Below are positions 13,237 through 26,173 of a DNA stretch of 64,000 nt, one piece after another. Source of the stretch: Podarcis bocagei (Eukaryota). A model generated the notes under the pieces. That model did no database searches and was not told the DNA's origin. It saw only the letters and a list, made by a program, of their open reading frames with translations. A program made the translations under genes and the position numbers. The first letter of the stretch is position 1. Every line of letters begins with the position of its first letter. Location: assembly GCA_964188305.1 (NCBI GenBank), contig OZ076885.1; one strand, given 5' to 3'.

Positions 13237-13869
13237 GTAAGTGTGTTTCTTAGATATCCTTTTCATGCATGACTCTGAGATTGTAAAGTCATATTTTCCA
13301 CATGTCTGACCCTGGTGTTAATTGATTAGCCATATGAGTTTTACAATGCAATCCTATATAGATTTGCTTAGAAATAAATTCCACTGCAGTGGAATAATGC
13401 CCACTGCTGCTGCTTCTGGCCTCTATGTTGCACACAAACAGGCCCTGGGCAGAATACCTGATCAACACAATGAAGCAGCCAACATTATCCTGCTCCCTGC
13501 TGGATATACTGATTATCTCCACTCTTTCAGTCATCTGCGTAGGGCTTTTATGTCAATGATTCCAAGAGCCAGCTTCAGATTGGAGAAGGGACTTTAGCCA
13601 AGTAGCCATTCAGACTCAAAGGTAATACATGGGAATATTTTGTCCAACTTCTCTCAAAGCATAACTGCATGTTGGATCTAAACCAGAGGGCTTGGGGCCA
13701 AAAACGTTCATTGGCTCTGCTGCTCAACATCCAGAATGGCTCCCTACCATCCATCATCCTGATTCGTATTACTTTACTCCTCCAGCACTGAGGTCACTCT
13801 GACAATTTGCACAACAAGGCATTTGAGGCTTAAAAAAAAAAAAAAAAGATTAGGAAAAATATAACTCAG

Positions 13870-14230
13870 GGGTGTGATGCAATGGACATGTGAAGAATTG
13901 TGAATGGTATGAAGGGTTATATTACATCACTTTCTCATTCTCCCCTTCCTAGCATATTAGAATTCAGGGTCAACCAGTGAAATTGACTGGCACTGTATTA
14001 ACTGCAGTCAAAATAAGTTGTTTCTCATACAATCATTAGTACATAATTATCATATGAAATTCGTCACCAGAAGGTGTGGTGATGGCCCCCAGCCTGAAGG
14101 TGGTTTCTTAAAATGGATTAAATACCTCGATAGGGAATGCGTTGCTCAGTGGCTATTAGCCATTACAGATAAATGGAAATTCTCTGTCCAAAGGAAGTAC
14201 AATTGATGATGAGGTGCTAGGTATGGCTGC
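13870..14230 (+). mobile_element. Old CR1 LINE 3' fragment
   Basis: Degenerate agaattcagggtca...aaatt...gtggtgatggcc...ggctattagcc, similar to the 12380 copy. Confidence 0.55.
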
Positions 14231-15231
14231 CTCAGTAATCATCACACCCTCCTCTTTAACATAGGGTTGCCACTGCAGTGGGTAGGGCTCTATGAGCCCC
14301 TTTAAGGGATCTACTGTTGACCTTCTGGGCCTCCTGACACTGCTGTACCTTATCTCTGCTGTCATTGTTCATCTTCCCTCTCTGGACATGCAAGGAGTGA
14401 GCAGAGGGAGGAGGAAAAAACAGCATCCTTCACTTGCCTTGAATTCTCCTTCTGGGTCCTGAAGGAGAGGGAAAATAATGGCCAATGGCAAGAGCAGCAA
14501 GGAGGAGGTGGACTCTCTCAGGGATGGGGCCCACTTGGAGTTGGCAGTGGGCAACTGACAGAATGTTGGGGTGAATGAAACTTGGTCTTACTTTTCAAGG
14601 ACAGGAAACTTTTCTCTATCATCTAGATTTTCCAGATCAACATTTCCGAAATAAAGGATACTACAGATATGTGGTCAACTACAGAGTTGCATATATGGAG
14701 CTCACAAGCAGCTGTTAAATGTTGGCACTTTTTTTCTGGTGAAAGGAAAAAGACCAAGAATTGCAGGAACAATATCAACCATGCCACACATGCCATGATT
14801 TGCTTTGCTGGACTAAGGGGTATGGAACCCAAGGCCTTATTCATACAACAAATGCCATTACCCAGAAAATAATATCCTTTGTGTCTTGTGGAAGTTATCC
14901 AGTGAATCAATGAAAGGGATGAAACCTGATTTAAGACAGAGATGAGGAACCCGTGGCCTTCCAGATGTTGCTAGATTGCAATTCCCATCGTCCCTGACCA
15001 CAGAATATGCTTGCTGGGGTTGATGGGAATTAGTGTCCAATGGTATCTGAAGGGCCACAGGTTCTCCACTCATGATATATGGCATGAGAGTAGGGTCAAG
15101 AAAACAATATAAGATTGTGTAAGAAATGATGTAATTAATTATAATGGGCTTTACACAGTGGACTAAGTTAAACAAATGTAGGAGCAACTCCATAACCTAC
15201 ACATCTCTCAATTGCTTTTATTCCCCTCTAG

Positions 15232-15318
15232 TTTGCTGTTACAAACCGGATCAAAAATCGATCCCGGCACATTCCTAAAAGGGAGCACTGGCTGGACTGG
15301 GCCTCAGAAAAATACTCA
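15232..15318 (+). CDS. SLC15A2: SLC15A2 exon (9)
   Basis: ctctag|...|gtaagt; FAVTNRIKNRSRHIPKREHWLDWASEKYS. Confidence 0.95.
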
Positions 15319-16295
15319 GTAAGTCAATATTTGGATCTGAAGTCTTTTAATATATATTCCTCCAATAAGATGTGAGCTATCAGAGTATAACAGCTAGAAT
15401 GTAGAAATGGATCAACTCTCCTCATCTTCATTCAAAATCACTGCAAGTGTCTCCTGAAGACCACTGTAAGTGTCTTCAGAGAATATACAAAAAATACATC
15501 CCCCCCCCCTAAATTAACTTCAGTTTTTGTGTGCATGTGTGCTTCCTTTATGGAATGAATACACATTTTTGCAACACTGCCTGGGAATCGTAGTGTGAAT
15601 ACAGGGAAACTGAAGCTCCCAACATCAGCCATAGTGGAAATTTGTTTGTAAACTGTCCATCTCCCAAAACAAAGCACCCAAGAACAGAGGAGTTTAGATC
15701 TGAACCAACCCAAGTTTGCCACCATGAACACACTGTTCAGGAAGGTGCATCCAATTCCAGCTCTGTGGTTAGTACACCTCTATTATAGGCATGTGTTTGT
15801 CACAATCACACCTTACGATTTTAGTGTATGCCTGAAAAAGTAGTGTGTTCCCTGATACTGAGATACATTGATTTGGTGCAGTGCATACCTGCCTACCCGT
15901 TTTCTTTGTTCCTCCCTTGTGCTTGCTATATTAGCTCACATTGTTTACAGTACACTTGCTCAAGTATCCATAACCAGATCTGCCATGTGTGATTATTCTG
16001 CAGTAACTGGGTCACCCCAAATATGCATAGGCATAGCTCTCTTTGCATCAGCCTCCAAAGTCATTGCATCTAAAATGTTCCACAACGGAGCTGAACAGAT
16101 TGAGAAGCACCTGAACACATCATCTGCAGAACTGGTGTACTTAAAGCATAAAAGTTGATATTGGGGAAAACACACCTATTTTCCTTCACAGAGTTCACCT
16201 CCATGCAGCAAAATTATATTGTCTGAGACTGTTGCTTGTAGGCCTTTCTTTCCTACTAAGCATTATTGCCTTTTGCTTTGTGTTTCCCTTCACAG

Positions 16296-16385
16296 AACCA
16301 ACTGATAACTGAAGTTAAAATGGTGACACGGGTCCTGTTTCTCTTCATACCACTGCCAATGTTTTGGGCTCTCTTTGATCAACAG
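16296..16385 (+). CDS. SLC15A2: SLC15A2 exon (10)
   Basis: cacag|...|gtaat; NQLITEVKMVTRVLFLFIPLPMFWALFDQQ. Confidence 0.95.
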
Positions 16386-17107
16386 GTAATGTGCAGTACT
16401 ATCTAGTGTGGCTTCACTGTACCCCTCAGCCCCAGCATCAAGATAATGCAGCTGCAGGACTTTTTTTCAGAACAGGAGCAATGACATCATTGGGTAAAGC
16501 ACCAGGGTAATTGGCAGACACACTTTGTTCTGGCAAGTGATTGAGCTAGTAATAAGGCTTTCAGGTCCTTTCCGTTAATGGGGTTTCTGCATTACAGTAG
16601 GTTAGGTTAGCAATTTAAATGGCAGTAGTACATCTTTGCAAGCTTGTTTTCATTTCTAATAAAGAGCTTAAGGTTACATTTCAGCTGGGCTGAAGATCTT
16701 TTCTTAAATTTCAGTGTGCTTTGCAAGTTTAAACCTATGCAGCCAGAAGTAAACACCACTGTGATCAATGGAACTTACTCTCAAATAACTAGGTATAGGG
16801 ATACAGACAGGGTGCCAAAAAACCCCTAGACTTTATGGTGCCACAGGACTCCTTGATAGCTCCTGCACTTCAGAATTTACCACTACACCACTGTGTGTGA
16901 AAGTAAAAGGTGACCTTCACCAGCGACTTTCACAGTCTTATGTTCAATTCTTTAGTTTTCTGAACTGTTTTTTTAAAAAAGCTGTCATGAAAATTCATCA
17001 GCAAATTGCTCCAAATATGCACAATTTTGTATGCAGTTTTACCTCCTAACACATATCATTGCAATGCAATTTCCCGTAATCTAATGCATTTTTAACTTCG
17101 CCAAACC

Positions 17108-17420
17108 TTTATTAGGCATTACAAGTATAGGCCATGATAAAACATCTATATATAAAATTTTAAAATATATACAAATAAACAGCCACGTAAAATATGTAAT
17201 AATGAGGATTTTCATTGGAATTTCTTCTCTCTAAATAGTGCCTAAGAGATACTATTGACAAAAACTCAGCTACCCTTGCAGTTACTTCCAGGTGAATGTC
17301 AGACAGATAGAAACTAATATTTTCACTGTGCCGTGATGTTAGACTACCCAAAAAAGGGGATAGCATATGTTTGTGTAGCTGGTTGTACAATGGACAGAAG
17401 AAAAGTTTCCTGTAATGCAC
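17108..17420 (-). mobile_element. RTE-X-like LINE 3' end, degraded
   Basis: Minus-strand translation LFFCPLYNQL...LSDIHLEVTARVAEFL, ending in an aataaa-containing tail. Confidence 0.55.
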
Positions 17421-17954
17421 ACATTCAAGCAATTAAACAGAACAAAAAACCCTCTGATATTATTAGAGACCAAATTAAATTCAGCTTGTATTTAAAGGTG
17501 AACCTACCTAACCTGCACTTTTCACAACACTATGCACACCAAAACACAACCACTGTTGGAAATTTTCACTTCTCCAAATTTTGCAATGGAGTTCTACAGC
17601 AAAGTAAAGTATTTAAAAATGCATATGCTAGGGTAAAGTATGCAATAAAATGCCTGTAGTGAGAACAATGTACAAAAATGCATTGGTCCCTCAGCTTTCG
17701 TCAAGAGCAGATAATCAAACATCCCCAGAAATGATAGACATTGCGGATGTTCTTTGAATGTGCCAGACACTGTAGAACATAACGTTCTGTTTAAATTTCC
17801 AATGGCAATCCCTACACATGTGGATATTTAAATCCAATGATGTAGTGGGCATATATTTGCCCCACCTCCATTCCTCTTAAGAGATCCTGGGGCACATATA
17901 TACTACAAGCCTATATCAAATTTATTTATACCAATTGTCACAATCAAGATAGGT

Positions 17955-18042
17955 GATGAGATCCTACACACACTTACATGAGAATAAGTTCCATTGAACT
18001 CAATGGGACTTGCTTCTCAATAGACATGTGGTGGATTGCACA
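17955..18042. mobile_element. Short palindromic MITE-like repeat (copies ~13345, ~16730, ~28015, ~35870, ~36140)
   Basis: atcctacacacacttac...gttccattgaactcaatgggacttgc...gtggattgca; imperfect palindrome recurring across the window. Confidence 0.55.
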
Positions 18043-18579
18043 GATAAGCCCTTGAAGATGAATCCATCCCTAACTATTTATTTTCCTTTTCATTGAGAAA
18101 CATTGTTTCTGGGTTTCTTACAGCATTTGACTAACAGAAAATAAGATGAATAAGATACTTCCTTGTGTGGGAAATATACATGTCAAGAACTGGGTATTGC
18201 TTAGAAAATCTTACATTTGATTCCATTTTTAAGAACAGCCTTCCTACCTTGGTTGTGTGCATAATTCTACCTGTTGTTTTAGCCTCTTCTTGGTTTGCTA
18301 AATGTGATTCTGTGGATTTTCTCCCTATTCAAAGGGTAGGCATTTAGGAAAAGAATTGACAAGGTTCTGTTTCTGATAACAGATAAGGAGAAAATGCACA
18401 TGCTTTCATTTAACTGCAATTATTATATATGTTAAGAATGTATGATGAATGAATTTTCATGTTCTGAACCTTAACAATATTTCATGGCCCTTTTTGGTAA
18501 TTTGCTATTGCTTTCCCCCCCAATGTTGGCCATGCATGCAGTACTCCATGGTATTCATTTTGATCTGTTTTCTCCTTAG

Positions 18580-18624
18580 GGTTCTAGGTGGACACTGCAA
18601 GCCACTAAAATGAACGCTGACTTT
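18580..18624 (+). CDS. SLC15A2: SLC15A2 exon (11)
   Basis: ccttag|...|gtaagt; GSRWTLQATKMNADF. Confidence 0.95.
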
Positions 18625-19994
18625 GTAAGTAGATAGGGTTCATTCACGATAATTATATTTCTTCATTAAACAAATTCAAGTCAGTAGTTTAAATTATGGG
18701 CTGGCAGTGTAATAAAGGGTCACACTTCTATTGATTTTAAAATAAGTGCATCTCTAACGGAACAATAATTATAGACTTAATGACTAGTGGGGGGCAGGAC
18801 GGGAGAACAATTTAATATGGAATAGAAGAGATATGGAGAGTATCCTCCAGCAATTAATATATTTTGGCTCAGTGAGATTCTGAGAGTCCCTAAGCGAATT
18901 CCCATTTGCTCTTTAGCCTACTGTGTCATGTTATTTATTTAACAAAAACTGTGTACTGCTTGATAATAAAAAGACCCTGTAAGCGATTTACAGATATATA
19001 AAATAAAACATCAAACCTTTCAGTAAAACCAGGTATTTAAAAGCTTTCAAAATATTATTAGATTAAACAGTAGCTAAAAACAGATAAAACACATTACGAT
19101 CATCTTCATGGTCTTCCACTTACTTTATCATAGTATTGTCATGATTTTCAGCCTACTTTGTATTATTACCATCAGCAACAATAGTAATGTTCAGTCAAGG
19201 TAGGCAAAGCCAGCTCAAAAGTGTTTTCATGCAGTGGGTGGACAAAATAGGATCTTGGACTTCTGGCTGAAACTCTCTTTGACTAAGGTTATTATAGGAA
19301 GATGATGTCTCAGCAGAGAACTAAAGTCTACTGAAGCCTTATGGATGCAACCATGTGGTTGGTTCTGCCTCTTGGGAAAGGTGGCTAAATTATGGAAGAG
19401 CCCTTGCCTGATTTTGCAGTCTTTAACTTCTGCAAGTCTGAGAGGATGGAGGTCCTGCAAGGGTCTCATCATCTGAGTCCAAGAATGGTGGCAGGGCTGT
19501 GTCATTGCACTGGGAGGGCCCCAAATAAGATACTGACAGTTATCTCCATGAGGAAGTGTTCTGAATCTTGTCACCATTGGTGTCCACTGCTGTGCACTAC
19601 AAGGTCTCAGAGGTCAGGGATCATGACACATGAGCAGGCGATTGAGCGGGGCAGGGCTGAGAACATAGTTCCAGTAGAGCATGACTGAGGAATCAGACAG
19701 ATGCTCATGATACATTATGAAATTCATAAATAGATACAGTCCTGTTCTTAAACAAACAGTGTGTCCCTGTGGCTAGTCCCACGTCTGTTTAGAGATGTTG
19801 TCCAAATACAGTTTGGTCTGAAATGCAATGAAGTTTTCTGCTATGGGATCTCTGTTATGTTCGGCAGATGGCTTGCTTCTAAAGCATTGTTCCTTTCATC
19901 CTCCTGCATGTGTTAGCTGTCTGCTTCACTGATGTCAGTTCTGCCACAGTTCCCTTATTTTGTTTGCTAACCAGTTTCAATCCTTTAATTTCAG

Positions 19995-20027
19995 GGAGGA
20001 TTTGTCCTTCAACCTGACCAGATGCAG
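19995..20027 (+). CDS. SLC15A2: SLC15A2 exon (12), 33 nt
   Basis: tttcag|...|gtaagg; GGFVLQPDQMQ. Confidence 0.95.
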
Positions 20028-20255
20028 GTAAGGCAATGGTTGTCAGCTAGGGCACGTTGCTACTGTGTCGGAACTTGTATTGATGCCACTGTCATAGCAC
20101 CAGCGATTCGTCGTTTAACCACTTCATCTATATAATTACAGACTGTATCCTGGCATTCCATCAGCACCAGTTGTGAATTACTCCCTATGGTGTATTTAGG
20201 ACTGCAGCCTAAGTTACCATAAATGGCTAATATAATGCATCATTTGGTTTTTCAG

Positions 20256-20344
20256 TTCTTAAATCCTCTCTTGATCCTTGTCTTCATCCCAGTTTTTGAC
20301 TTCGGGCTGTACCCCTTGGTGAACCTGTGCAAAGTTAATTTCAC
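20256..20344 (+). CDS. SLC15A2: SLC15A2 exon (13)
   Basis: tttcag|...|gtaagt; FLNPLLILVFIPVFDFGLYPLVNLCKVNF(T). Confidence 0.95.
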
Positions 20345-21209
20345 GTAAGTACCTGAACTTTCCCCCCTTTTATTTAGAAAATGCAGTACAGATTCATGGA
20401 TGCACATACTCTTGTAGGTTGAAAATGTCTAAGATTATTAGTCAAGCATGGATAGTTTTATGAAGGAGAGGTAACAGAAGGGAGAATCTCCTTCAATCTC
20501 TATAGCCTGTGAGTTCTAGGAAAACATGGCCTGCTAGTTAAAAAAAGATGGACTTTTCTGCAGCTTTTACATATCCCCTCAAAGCAGAGGGACTGCATGC
20601 AAACACCAGCATCTTCTAGTTTTAGTGGTTTGTGGTGGGAGGCACCAGTATTTTTACAACCTTCCAATATTTTTCTGTCAAAGTAGAGCATCTTTACGTA
20701 TTGAAACACTCTCCTAACTTGTGCTTCACTTCATTTAGGCCCAAGGGATATCCACAGAAGCACAGATATCACATTTTGAAAATGTTGGTCATGATAGGTG
20801 CTCTGGGAGATGTGCAATTTATTTCTTACATGCCTTCAGCACTTGTAGGTCAATAACCCAAGGCAATTTTTCTGTCTGCTGCCCTAGAAGGGAGTTGGAG
20901 ATAGATCATCAGTGGTGCTTTCCTCCACTTCACACATTAACTAAATGCCAAACAACGTTCCTTCCTAGAAGAGCTAAGGGGAAGATAATATGAAACTTGC
21001 TAGCACAGAGCATTTTTTAAATAGCTTATCAATTTGAATGGGCCTCAGTTATAGCCTCATAATAATATAATATGGAGGTTTTATGTTAAAAGAACAGCCT
21101 CTGTCTGTTCATACGGCTTAATGTGCAACGATCTCGGACTCAGAGGAATTGCATGATTCATCTTAAATTACACAATTTTTGTTATTAAGTTGTGTTTATT
21201 TACTATCAG

Positions 21210-21291
21210 ACCCATTAAAAAGATGGCAACTGGCATGATCCTTGCGGGCCTGGCATTTGCAATTGCAGCTGTTGTAGAACTCAGGATAGAG
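21210..21291 (+). CDS. SLC15A2: SLC15A2 exon (14)
   Basis: tatcag|...|gtaagc; PIKKMATGMILAGLAFAIAAVVELRIE. Confidence 0.95.
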
Positions 21292-22066
21292 GTAAGCACT
21301 GAGCAGCTGTATGAAGCAAAGAGGTAAAGATACATGCTTCCTACCTCTATGTACCAATGCACTACCCATCCTCCCTCCTTGACTTGTTTTATGGTATTGG
21401 CTCCTGAATACACAATTTTAAAATACTCTAAGGTTTCAGGTCCTTATTTTGGAACAGAGATTGAATGTCATGAATCTGTAGATCAGAAAGTGATCTGGAT
21501 CTGATCTGGATCATTAATAACCAGAATTCAGGGAATCATTGTGATTACCGTATATTGTGGCATATTCTTTTAATTAGGAAAGGCTATGTTGAAGCCAATT
21601 CCAAAAGAATATTGCCTTCAGACCACATATTTGACAGACATAATCCTAGCAGTAGCACGCTGGAACTCATAACAAGTGCATGTTGCCTGAGACTCAGTGC
21701 CGAGGTCCAGTTCTTGTCCTTTGTGGTGCAGCTGCTGGTTCTTCATGCTTGGGTCCCATGCCAATCTGCTAATACTTGGAACAGGAAGACCACGTGAGAT
21801 GGGCAGATGTTTCTGGTTCATCTCAGATGAGTAGGACGTCTTCCTGGACACACACACTTCCTGTTCCAAACATGAATGGTGCAATGTGACACATGGCCAC
21901 AAAGATGTGATGATCACATCACAAAAGGTAACATCAGCCCTAAAGTTAGAAAGAAACCCACCTGTATGTATATTCTTGTATATATTATCAAGTAGAAGAA
22001 AAGTCTGTGCATGTGTGGAACACACCTCTTTTACAGCAACATTTTCAAAAGTCTTTTATGCCTCTT

Positions 22067-22136
22067 TTATAATAACTACCAACCATCAAGATATATATAA
22101 CTTATAATAACTACCAACCATCAAGATATATATAAC
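22067..22136. repeat. Perfect 35-bp tandem duplication
   Basis: ttataataactaccaaccatcaagatatatataac x2. Confidence 0.9.
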
Positions 22137-22262
22137 TAAGAGCTATGTTCTGTTGCTATTGTACAGCTTTGGTAAAGGAGGGAATAGGGTTTTGACTAAC
22201 CAAGTGCTTAATATTACAACTACCTACTGTAGTATTATAACTATGCACTTTATTTCCATTAG

Positions 22263-22388
22263 GAAAATGCTGTGCCAAAGCCAGTTTCAAAAGAAAGCTA
22301 CATTCAGGTCCTGAATTTGGCAGACAGTGATATTGAAGTGGCAATCCAAGATTATGACCTATTTCGACAGCCGATCAAACCATTTCAG
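22263..22388 (+). CDS. SLC15A2: SLC15A2 exon (15), start of extracellular domain
   Basis: cattag|...|gtgagc; ENAVPKPVSKESYIQVLNLADSDIEVAIQDYDLFRQPIKPFQ. Confidence 0.93.
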
Positions 22389-24155
22389 GTGAGCTTATTG
22401 GTTATTTCCTTGGCAAGATCATTCCTTTTCAAAGTTAATACTTAACTTTCCAAGATACCACAGACAGATACCACAGAAAGATGCTGTGAACTGCCTTGAG
22501 ATCTATGGATGAAGGGCAGTATACAATGTTGTTGTTGTTGTTGTTGTTGTTTTGTTATTGTTGTTGTTATCACACCCCGTGATAATTATTGGTTCTGTGT
22601 TTTACATTCCATATGTATTTATTATTGTATGGATCCTTTCTCAGTCATTATGATAATGGCTTCTGTATGACAAAGAAAGCTTCCATTTCCTCATATATTC
22701 AGAAGAACAAGAAGATTTGACCTTCCTTCCCCTGTGTCTGTCCTACCATATGGAGCGGTGACACGTTTCTACAGGGCACTGTGCCTTTGACAGCAATCCC
22801 CATCCTCCCCAGCGTATTTCAACAAAAAAGGCACAGATGGCTGACTATATTTACTTATAATTAGGGAAAAAAGGTTAAATCTTCTCGGATGAATATGTTC
22901 CCCAAAAAGCCTCTTTATATGATCTGTGTTTCCCATAGGTCACAGTCAGTTTAGATATGAAAGGAACATGCTAGAACAGGAAAAATTAAAAGAAGTGCAC
23001 AGGAAGAATATAAAGAATGGGGTGGTTAACCGAAAGCGCAGAAAGTGTGGTTCTCTCCCCTTTTTCATAATTCTAGGGTTATCAGAAGTAAGTTCAAGCA
23101 TGCAGTGTATCCAGCTGGCAGGCTTTCTGCATGATTTGCCACTGAAACTCAGTTAAGGAGGGAGTGTTATCATTTACGCTCCTCTTCCTTTGATTTGTTC
23201 ATGCAGAAGCTTGGGATTCATTGAAGAAGTCTAGGCTGGAGCTTGGTCATGTCCACTTTTTATATTTTTTGGCTTCCCATTTGAAGTTGAACTTCCTGCC
23301 CACCTCATTCATCTAGATGTGAGAGCTAGTGGAGCGGAGTGGCTTGAAACTTAGGTTTCTTCTACACTAACAGTTCAGTCTGAAATTGCCATCCTTAGTT
23401 AACTCACCTTTTCAGAGAAAACAGATGACATCATTGGCAGAGTATTGTATTCCATTTTCTGTATTGTCCTCCCATTTTTGTTAAACCTGAATTGTTGTGG
23501 TGTGATGTGATGTGTGTGTGCTGTAAATTGCAGGGGTAATCTGTCCAGCATGAAAAAATTGCTCTTGTTCCCATGGGATGGTTTTAGGTCCCAATTTTTC
23601 CATTATTATTTTCTTTTTACATAATGAAATTACATTATTTTGCTATATAAAAATGAAAAAGACAGAGACCATTAGTAACTAACATCCCTGTTCCACTGCT
23701 GGAGCAGGAACTGACAACAAGGAAGAAGTTAAAGAACTCATTCAAGGGGCAATCAAGGGGCAATTCATCACTATTCTTCCAGCAGAAATTAGGGGAAAGC
23801 CACAAAAGGGCAAAAACTTAAATTAAAAGCACAGGATCACTTAAAAGATTCAACAGCCTATTTACTAATCTCCCACTGTATAGTAAAACAGGCATAACCT
23901 GCAGATAGGTTCGTACCTGCAGTATGGGGACAATGGGTTGTATCCAAGGTAGCACCAAGGGTTGAGTCCCCCAACCCTTTCGAGCTGGTTTCGAGGGGGC
24001 TGGGGGGCTGCAGGGGAGAGGGGAGCCAAGTTCTGTTCTGCTAGCCATATCCATTTCTCTAGCAGAATGGGAGTGTTGGCTACTGCCCAATAATATTGGC
24101 CTATTCAATGGGAATGTTGGGTCATTGACAAAATGCTTTGTACAGTCTAGTATTA

Positions 24156-24505
24156 AAGGTAAAGGGACCCCTGACCATTAGGTCCAGTTGTGACCGACTC
24201 TGGGGTTGCAGCGCTCATCTCGCTTTATTGGCTGAGGGAGCCGGTGTACAGCTTCCAGGTCATGTGGCCAGCATGACTAAGCCGCTCCTGGCAAACCAGA
24301 GCAGCTCACGGAAATGCCATTTACCTTCCCGCCGGAGCGGTACCTATTTATCTACTTGCACTTGGGCGTGCTTTCGAACTGCTAGGTTGGCAGGAGCAGG
24401 GACCGAGCAACGGGAGCTCACCCCATCGCAGGGATTCGAACCGCCGACCTTCTGATCAGCAAATCCTAGGCTCTGTGGTTTAACCCACAGCGCCACCTGT
24501 GTCCC
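24156..24505 (-). mobile_element. Sauria SINE, full length
   Basis: Reverse complement starts gggacacaggtggcgctgtgggttaaaccacagagcctagg, has a B box (ggttcgaatccc) and ends with the tttaccttt tail. 13-bp TSD cagtctagtatta at 24143-24155 / 24516-24528. Confidence 0.92.
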
Positions 24506-24729
24506 TTTGGCGCTCCAGTCTAGTATTACATAAATGCTAATAATCGTTCTTTCAGACTACCAACCCCATGAACCATTTCATGAGTCTTTTTCTGACAATC
24601 ATGTGCACAGCTGCGAAGGTGCAAATTCACAGTTTATTAAGAAATGATTGATAAAAATAACTGAAAACTGAAATAATTTTTTTTCCATGCACAATGAATA
24701 TATTGTTTTCTTTCTTTCATTTTGCTCAG

Positions 24730-24894
24730 GATCCTGCTGAGTACACCAAATTGATTCTGAGAGATGGCCAACAAAACCTTCATTTGAAGATACAGTATCA
24801 AGGATCATCTTTCATGTTTAATACTACTGCCCACGAAAAGTCAGTGTACAGCTTAATTGTCTACAAGGTGGAAAGAAGCCTAACAAGCCATTTA
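24730..24894 (+). CDS. SLC15A2: SLC15A2 exon (16)
   Basis: gctcag|...|gtaagt; DPAEYTKLILRDGQQNLHLKIQYQGSSFMFNTTAHEKSVYSLIVYKVERSLTSHL. Confidence 0.92.
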
Positions 24895-25564
24895 GTAAGT
24901 GTGGAAATCAAGTAGGGCAATGTCAGATACTTGAAAAAATCCAACAACCTACATAATCCTGTAAGGAAGATTCCAGTTTGCAGCCAACAAGCAGAGAACA
25001 TTAATGTGCTGGACCTGCTATCATCCCATTTTCTAATTTTTGCATTTAAAATTTTGTACCTCTAGACTAGAGATGCATGCAAATGGCCTCTCAAAATTCT
25101 TCCCTGTATCCATGGGGAAATAGCTTGAGAAACCATTTCACCAAATTTCTCCAGGGTGAAAAGTTCTCCAAAAAATTATTGGGACTGGTGATCTGCTTTA
25201 AATGTAGCACTAGCACAGCTTCTAGCCCCCACCCCACCCCAAGAGGATTTCTTTTAACCTAGCTACCATTTCCATTGTCTCAAACAATGCCCTGGTCCAT
25301 GTGTCATTCTGAAGCATTGGTGGGGTGGGCCATAAAAATGGTGAATAATATTTGGAGAAAAATCTGTCAAACTGGCTTTTCCCCCTAGGTGGTTAGTGAT
25401 AAGGGAAAAAATTCTCAGGAAAAATGTCTTTTGAAAATAAATTGGCTTAGTTCTACTCCCAGACTAAGGGCTATCTTCCAAAAAGTTTATCCATGGTCCT
25501 TGGAATCCAAAGCTATGATTTGATTTTGGTAGGCATGGTAGCAGATTGCCTCACAGATTCTAAA

Positions 25565-26173
25565 TAGGAAGCAATTCTCATCCTAGAATGAAAAGTATAG
25601 CATCTATTGAGCGGATATCACAATGCAATTAGTAAGAGATAACTAGTTCATTATCTCATCTACTTATTCATGAGGGACTTATGATTAAAGGTAAAGATAA
25701 AGGTACCCCTGCCCATACGGGCCAGTTTTGCCAGACTCTAGGGTTGTGCGCTCATCTCACTCTATAGGCCGGGAGCCAGCGCTGTCCGCAGACACTTCCG
25801 GGTCACGTGGCCAGCGTGACAAGCTGCATCTGGCGAGCCAGCGCAGCACACGGAACGCCGTTTACCTTCCCGCTGCTAAGCGGTCCCTATTTATCTACTT
25901 GCACCCGAGGGTGCTTTTGAACTGCTAGGTTGGCAGGTGCTGGGACCGAACGACGGGAGCGCACCCCGCCGCGGGGATTCGAACCGCCGACCATGCGATC
26001 GGCAAGTCCTAGGCGCTGAGGTTTTACCCACAGCGCCACCCGCGTCCCTTAGGAAGCAATTCTCATCCTAGAATGAAAAGGATAGCATCTATTGGGCGGA
26101 TATCACAATGCAATTAGTAAGAGATAACTAGTTCATTATCTCATCTACTTATTCATGAGGGACTTATGATTAA
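25565..26173. repeat. 124-bp direct repeat (25565-25688 / 26050-26173) flanking a SINE; interpreted as a long TSD
   Basis: The two copies differ at only 2 positions. Confidence 0.9.
25689..26048 (-). mobile_element. Sauria SINE, full length, variant CpG-rich subfamily
   Basis: Reverse complement starts gggacgcgggtggcgctgtgggtaaaacc, has B box ggttcgaatcccc and ends ggggtacctttatctttacct. Confidence 0.9.

Noticed and set aside
24420-24505. tRNA-like A/B boxes (also at the heads of the other Sauria and Squam3 copies)
   Set aside because: These are SINE heads, not tRNA genes; they continue directly into SINE bodies.
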